Shown: positions 27,796 to 32,000 of the stretch, one piece after another
How the letters are laid out: every line of letters begins with the position of its first letter
Numbering within the stretch: position 1 is the first letter of the stretch
NCBI RefSeq assembly: GCF_000619845.1
Contig: NZ_JHUX01000010.1
Coordinates: 30,001-62,000, forward strand
DNA: 32,000 bases
Source of the DNA: Alkanindiges illinoisensis DSM 15370
GTDB lineage: Bacteria > Pseudomonadota > Gammaproteobacteria > Pseudomonadales > Moraxellaceae
Direction of reading: 5' to 3'
Position numbers and translations under genes: made by a program
Notes under the pieces: model-generated
What the model was told of the DNA's origin: nothing
What the model saw: only the letters and a program-made list of their open reading frames with translations
Database searches by the model: none

Positions 27796-28736
27796 GTTTC
27801 TTCTCCATATTGTTCCCGTGTGCAACTGGTCACTGCATTATTGGCAGCACGGCAAGGCAAAAACTGGTGAAACTGAGCTAAAAACGCTGCAACTGCAGAA
27901 GTATCTTTGAGACGGTATTGGGCATCGGTAGGCCCACTTCCCACCTTGATGCTCATCCCCTGTTGTGCATTGACTGCCTTAAAACCGGATTCATCGGTAA
28001 TATCATCGCCAATAAATATTGGTGTAATGGAATTAAGTTCCAGATGGGCCAGAATAGTCTGGATGGCATGACCTTTGTCTGCCTGTATTGGCAGGATTTC
28101 CACCACACACTTGCCATGATTCAGCTTCATTTGCGGATAACTGACCAGTAACTGCTGCATGATGTCATGGGCAACCGGCTCCAGTTCAGGGCACTGACGA
28201 TAGTGCAGGGCAAAAGAATGCTGTTTATCTTCCAAGAGCAATCTGGGATATTCAGTGCAGGCATGCTGGAGTGCCTGTTTTAAGCGGTCAAAATCAATAC
28301 TGCTTAAATCCGGACTTAGACGGGTATGACTGTCCAGTACAATATCCAGACCGTGCAAACCTGCAATTGGCAACGTCATTGATTGAAACAGCTGCTGTGC
28401 TATCTGAATCTGTCGGCCAGTTACTGCAATTATCGGCACCTGACAGCGCTGAATAGCTTTAATGGCTGCCAGCGTATCATCAGGGATAAAGCTTTGTTCA
28501 GGATTATCACAAAAATCAGCCAGCGTGCCATCAATGTCCAGAAACAGGCAGTAGGAGTTAGATGTTGCCTGAAGCTGTTGGATTAGCTCGGCTGGCTCAT
28601 TAAAACAAACTTTGCTAAAAACAGGGTCTTGGCTAGTAGGTACCTGATCCAGCGCCAGATGATGGATGGCATCTTGGGGTGAATCTTCAAAATTTTGATT
28701 TTCAGCGTTTTGCTCGTTAAGTGATTGGCTGGTCAT
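27783..28736 (-). CDS. otsB: Trehalose-6-phosphate phosphatase OtsB (HAD superfamily)
   Basis: HAD motif I is LFLDIDGTLADF and motif IV is IFIGDDITDE. The order otsB-otsA matches E. coli. The ORF-track start at 28772 is a TTG. I prefer the ATG at 28736 (MTSQSLNEQ...) because GAGGG lies 9 nt upstream. The N-terminal extension is about 60 aa longer than in E. coli OtsB. Confidence 0.88.
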   Translation of the reverse strand: MTSQSLNEQNAENQNFEDSPQDAIHHLALDQVPTSQDPVFSKVCFNEPAELIQQLQATSNSYCLFLDIDGTLADFCDNPEQSFIPDDTLAAIKAIQRCQVPIIAVTGRQIQIAQQLFQSMTLPIAGLHGLDIVLDSHTRLSPDLSSIDFDRLKQALQHACTEYPRLLLEDKQHSFALHYRQCPELEPVAHDIMQQLLVSYPQMKLNHGKCVVEILPIQADKGHAIQTILAHLELNSITPIFIGDDITDESGFKAVNAQQGMSIKVGSGPTDAQYRLKDTSAVAAFLAQFHQFLPCRAANNAVTSCTREQYGEETCPN

Positions 28737-29255
28737 TCTAGTACCCTCGGCTAGGCCTTTTTTTAGCATCAAAATTCATGGTTTGGCCGAAATTTATTAT
28801 TTGCACTACATAATATTAAGTTTTTACACATAAATTTTTCACAATATTACGTATAAGGTTGCTTGAATTAATTCCCCAGTTTTTATAGTTAAAATAATAA
28901 GCTGATATTTATGCTTTTTTTGGTCCTCATATTATTGGGAATAATATATTTATACGTGAATAGACTTATTTTAGATTTACCTTTAATGACCGGATATTAC
29001 CCCTGACTCTAATATCCTGATACTTGGTACTGCGTTTAAGCTTTTTTTGTAAAAGCAGTATATGAACTGGCGCACTGAAGTTAAACCATTTGTCCCAAAA
29101 TGTAGCTTTAAAACAAGGTGTTATGTCATCAAAAAATAGTGCAAATGCGTATGCTTCTCATTTTTAGTTGTTAAAAATCATAAACTTACACAATTATTCG
29201 CTTTGAAAAAATAATAGGCTGCGTCATAATGATTCCAGTTTTGAGGAGAAACATC

Positions 29256-29726
29256 ATGCGCGGCGATACCGAAGTCATTAATTATCTGAATATGCTGATT
29301 GGCGGCGAACTTGCTGCGCGTGACCAGTACCTGATTCATTCCCGTATGTATGAAGACTGGGGCCTGCATAAGCTTTACGAACGGCTCGACCATGAATCCC
29401 AGGAAGAGGGTGGCCATGCCGATGCACTGATTCGCCGGGTATTGTTTCTGGATGGCACACCGGATATGTCGCGTGATAGCCTGAATATTGGCACCGATGT
29501 GATTTCCTGCCTTGAAGCCGACCTTGCGCTGGAATACAAAGTGCGTAAGGATCTGGCCAAAGGCGTGCAATTGTGTGAAGCCAGGGGTGATTATGTCAGT
29601 CGCGACATGCTGCGAGCCCAAATGGCCGATACTGAGGAAGACCATACCTACTGGCTGGAAAAACAGCTGGGTCTGATCAAGAAAATTGGCTTGCCGAATT
29701 ATTTACAGTCGCAGATGGGCGTTTAA
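29256..29726 (+). CDS. bfr: Bacterioferritin-family protein with Gly at the heme-ligand position (Met52)
   Basis: The ATG at 29256 has GAGGAG 7 nt upstream and gives 156 aa starting [12 protein letters not shown] (E. coli MKGDTKVINYLN). Ferroxidase ligands E18, E51, H54, E94, E127 and H130 are conserved by eye. Position 52 is Gly ([10 protein letters not shown] against ESIDEMKHAD). Confidence 0.92.
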   Translation: MRGDTEVINYLNMLIGGELAARDQYLIHSRMYEDWGLHKLYERLDHESQEEGGHADALIRRVLFLDGTPDMSRDSLNIGTDVISCLEADLALEYKVRKDLAKGVQLCEARGDYVSRDMLRAQMADTEEDHTYWLEKQLGLIKKIGLPNYLQSQMGV

Positions 29727-29758
29727 ATTAATTTAATCGTTAAATAATTTCAATTTAT

Positions 29759-29792
29759 AAAAAAGCCCAGTTTAATTGGACTGGGCTTTTTT
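29759..29792. terminator. Bidirectional intrinsic terminator between bfr and rluB
   Basis: AAAAAA-GCCCAGT (29765-29771)-TTAATTGG-ACTGGGC (29780-29786)-TTTTTT. Confidence 0.8.
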
Positions 29793-29808
29793 ATTTCAAC
29801 ATCAAGAA

Positions 29809-30669
29809 TTATTTCACGCTGGTATCGCGCTTTTGCTGGCGCAGAAAACCACCACGGCGCGCAGGTAATGGATTTTCCACCTGACGCTCGGCACGACGCT
29901 TGGCCATGCCATACAGCCCAGTGCCAACCCGAGGCTTAAGCTCAACAGTTTTCACCAGATTATCAATATCATGCTTGTCCAGTTCTACCCAGCGCCCGGT
30001 ACGCAACTCGCGCGGCAAAATCACCGAACCGTAGCGGGTACGCAGTAGACGGCTGACCTTTAGACCCTGTGATTCAAATAGGCGACGTACTTCGCGGTTA
30101 CGGCCTTCTTTAACCACCACCTGATACCAGCGGTTAATGCCTTCACCACCAATTTCGCTAAACGATTCAAACTTGGCCGGGCCATCATCCAGCTCAACAC
30201 CTGCCAGCAGATTTTTACGCGCCTCAGCAGTAACTTCACCCATCACGCGTACCGCATATTCACGTTCCACTTCATTGGACGGATGCATCAGGCGGTTGGC
30301 CAGCTCGCCATCATTGGTAAACAGCAGCAGGCCGGTACTGTTAATATCCAGACGACCTACCATCACCCAGCGGTCATTGGCAATTTGCGGCAGATGTTCA
30401 AACACTGTCGGGCGGCCTTCGGGATCATTGCGTGAACAGATTTCACCTTCAGGCTTATAGTACACCAGCACCCGGCGGCGTACTTCATCTTCCAGCTGGA
30501 ACTGAACTTTACGGCCATCAATACGCAGCTCGTCACCCGGTTCAATACGTTCACCCACCTGGGCAATGCGACCATTGACGCTGACACGTCCGGCAGCAAT
30601 GACTTCTTCCATATAGCGGCGTGACCCCAGGCCAATTCTGGCCAGTACTTTTTGTAACTTTTCACTCAT
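29809..30669 (-). CDS. rluB: 23S rRNA pseudouridine(2605) synthase RluB
   Basis: The ATG at 30669 gives MSEKLQKVLARIGLGSRR, nearly identical to the E. coli RluB N-terminus. It has the S4 domain, the catalytic GRLDINSTGLLLFTNDG and a basic C-terminal tail. The ORF-track start at 30678 is a GTG. Confidence 0.93.
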   Translation of the reverse strand: MSEKLQKVLARIGLGSRRYMEEVIAAGRVSVNGRIAQVGERIEPGDELRIDGRKVQFQLEDEVRRRVLVYYKPEGEICSRNDPEGRPTVFEHLPQIANDRWVMVGRLDINSTGLLLFTNDGELANRLMHPSNEVEREYAVRVMGEVTAEARKNLLAGVELDDGPAKFESFSEIGGEGINRWYQVVVKEGRNREVRRLFESQGLKVSRLLRTRYGSVILPRELRTGRWVELDKHDIDNLVKTVELKPRVGTGLYGMAKRRAERQVENPLPARRGGFLRQQKRDTSVK

Positions 30670-30730
30670 AGCAAACACAACCTTAATAAAAAAACCGCTT
30701 TAACCACGCTGGTGCATCTGTCTGGGCCTG

Positions 30731-31342
30731 TCACGATAAACTATCGTTAAAGGTATCCAGTACTTCCTTGACATCTTCTAGCGGTGGTAAAGCTTTTAAT
30801 GACACGAGGCCAAAAGCATTTAAAAAATGTTTCGTGGTGACCAGCAGGGCAGGTCGCCCCGGGATCTCACGAAAACCGGATTCGGTAATCCACTGACGGT
30901 CAAACAGTGTTCTTAAAATCTGACTGTTCACGGATACACCACGAATATGTTCAATATCAGCACGGGTTACCGGCTGATGGTAGGCAATCACAGCCAGTGT
31001 TTCGAGCAGGGCACTCGATAGTCGCACCGGACGTTCAGGCCAGACTTTGGCAATCAGGCTGCTGTAATGTTCACGCACCTGAAAGCGATAACCCTGCGCC
31101 GTTTCAATCAGTTCAATGGCACGGTTGTTCTGGCGTGCAGCCAGCAGTTCCAGCCACTGTTTGATTTGTGTAGCACTAATACTGTCATCAAAGGCCTGCC
31201 TGAGCTGGGCGATATTAACCGGCCCTTCACTGGCAAAAATCAGGGCTTCCAGCCGCAGCAGGGCATCATCAATAATGTTGACTGGATGATGCGCGCCAGG
31301 CTGCAACAATGCTGGATGAATGGGGTCGGAATCAGGCAGCAT
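30731..31342 (-). CDS. scpB: Segregation and condensation protein B (ScpB)
   Basis: The motif LEALIFASEGPV and two wHTH-like halves are present. The ORF-track start at 31399 is a TTG. The ATG at 31342 has AAGGA about 10 nt upstream and overlaps the scpA stop by 11 nt, suggesting translational coupling. Confidence 0.85.
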   Translation of the reverse strand: MLPDSDPIHPALLQPGAHHPVNIIDDALLRLEALIFASEGPVNIAQLRQAFDDSISATQIKQWLELLAARQNNRAIELIETAQGYRFQVREHYSSLIAKVWPERPVRLSSALLETLAVIAYHQPVTRADIEHIRGVSVNSQILRTLFDRQWITESGFREIPGRPALLVTTKHFLNAFGLVSLKALPPLEDVKEVLDTFNDSLS

Positions 31343-32000
31343 GGCTGTGCCGTCCTTCAACCTTAAGCGGCTGTTCAATGCCAGAGCCACGGATTTCAAG
31401 CTCGCCCTGACGTACCAGCTCCAGCACCGCCATAAAGGTCACCACAATACCCATGTGACCTTGCGCCGGATTAACCAGTTGGTGAAACGACATCACGCCA
31501 CCCTGCATTGCCATGTGACGGATAAAATCAATGCGTTCTTCCAGCTGTACCGGCTCTACTTCCACCTGATGGCTTTGCAGACGCGGACGCTTGAGCAGCA
31601 GGGTCATGGCTTCATGCAACAGGCTAGCATCAAATTGTTCATCATCCTGCGCGTAAACAGCAGCCACTGTGCTGTTGGCATCAAATACATCGCGTTCCAG
31701 AATCTGGCAGGCACTCAGCCATAGGGCGCCCTGCTTCACCTTGGCGTAGTTTTGCAGTCGGCTGAGCAAATCCTGACGCGGGTCATCTTCGGGTTTGGCA
31801 ATCTGCGGTTTGGGTAACAGCAGGCGTGACTTGATATCCGCCAGGGACGCTGCCATCACCATATAATCAGCGGCCAGTTCAATATTGAGTGCTTTCATGC
31901 CCTGAATATAATGCAGGTACTGGGTAGCAATAGGTGCAATGTCCAGTGTCACCAGATTCAGGCCATTTTTATGGACAAGATAAAGTAAGAAGTCCAGCGG
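31332..32000 (-). CDS. scpA: Segregation and condensation protein A (ScpA), 5'-truncated by the window edge
   Basis: The reading frame stays open to position 32000. Upstream of the ORF-track 'M' (a GTG) it reads PLDFLLYLVHKNGLNLVTLDIAPIATQYL, the canonical ScpA N-terminal motif. The true start lies beyond the window. Confidence 0.85.
   Translation of the reverse strand, partial: PLDFLLYLVHKNGLNLVTLDIAPIATQYLHYIQGMKALNIELAADYMVMAASLADIKSRLLLPKPQIAKPEDDPRQDLLSRLQNYAKVKQGALWLSACQILERDVFDANSTVAAVYAQDDEQFDASLLHEAMTLLLKRPRLQSHQVEVEPVQLEERIDFIRHMAMQGGVMSFHQLVNPAQGHMGIVVTFMAVLELVRQGELEIRGSGIEQPLKVEGRHSHAA

Noticed and set aside
28911-29006. 31-codon hydrophobic sORF (MLFLVLILLGIIYLYVNRLILDLPLMTGYYP) in the otsB-bfr spacer
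   Set aside because: It has no SD. T-rich DNA yields Leu/Ile/Phe-rich frames by chance. There is no supporting terminator or conservation evidence. I mention it only so it can be checked against Ribo-seq data.
29143-29243. Fur boxes upstream of bfr
   Set aside because: The best alignments to GATAATGATAATCATTATC are only about 11/19 (GCAAATGCGTATGCTTCTC and the ATAATGAT core at 29226). This is indistinguishable from chance in DNA this AT-rich.
31343-31399. Longer N-terminal extensions suggested by the ORF track (scpB 31399, ypjD 10011, otsB 28772, rluB 30678, otsA 27825, bfr 29229, small ORF 5864)
   Set aside because: Several of these track starts are TTG/GTG codons rendered as M (31399, 10011, 28772, 30678). 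The others are upstream ATGs without an SD that add residues absent from the family N-termini. Downstream ATGs with SD sequences match the known N-termini.

Overview
The window looks like a core chromosomal segment of a gammaproteobacterium. It has SMC-ScpAB rather than MukBEF, the order smc-zipA-ligA, birA next to a type III coaX, and ypjD divergent from ffh, which suggests a Pseudomonadales/Moraxellaceae-like organism; this taxon call is inference only. Hand-counted 60-nt sample lines of core genes give about 50% G+C. I support 27 protein-coding genes. They are a RidA-family protein, nitronate monooxygenase, a conserved hypothetical, cbpA-cbpM, an AmpG-like MFS protein, a small orphan membrane protein, a glpQ lipoprotein, a lysP-like permease, ypjD-like, ffh, a membrane-anchored pentapeptide-repeat protein, a secreted hypothetical, coaX, birA, a GntR/FCD regulator, smc, zipA, ligA, an MFS transporter, otsA, otsB, bfr, rluB, scpB and a partial scpA. 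Several intrinsic terminators are also visible. I saw no tRNA, rRNA, CRISPR array, integrase or transposase. No multi-gene novel system is evident. The strongest candidate for something new is a single-gene low-GC islet at about 11.93-13.78 kb. It lies right after ffh and encodes a 571-aa protein with four predicted TM helices followed by a pentapeptide-repeat (DNA-mimic type) beta-helix. Secondary observations:
- a 97-bp element bounded by perfect 17-bp inverted repeats, downstream of otsA
- a hairpin/U-tract-rich leader or small-RNA candidate upstream of an MFS gene
- an HTH-less BirA divergent from a GntR regulator, with palindromes between them
- a bacterioferritin with Gly at the heme-ligand position (Met52)
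- a 7 x 15-bp repeat in the zipA linker
- an 18-bp tandem duplication plus an AT-rich segment in an extremely Gln-rich smc

All functional calls come from motifs I recognise by eye; no database search was possible.
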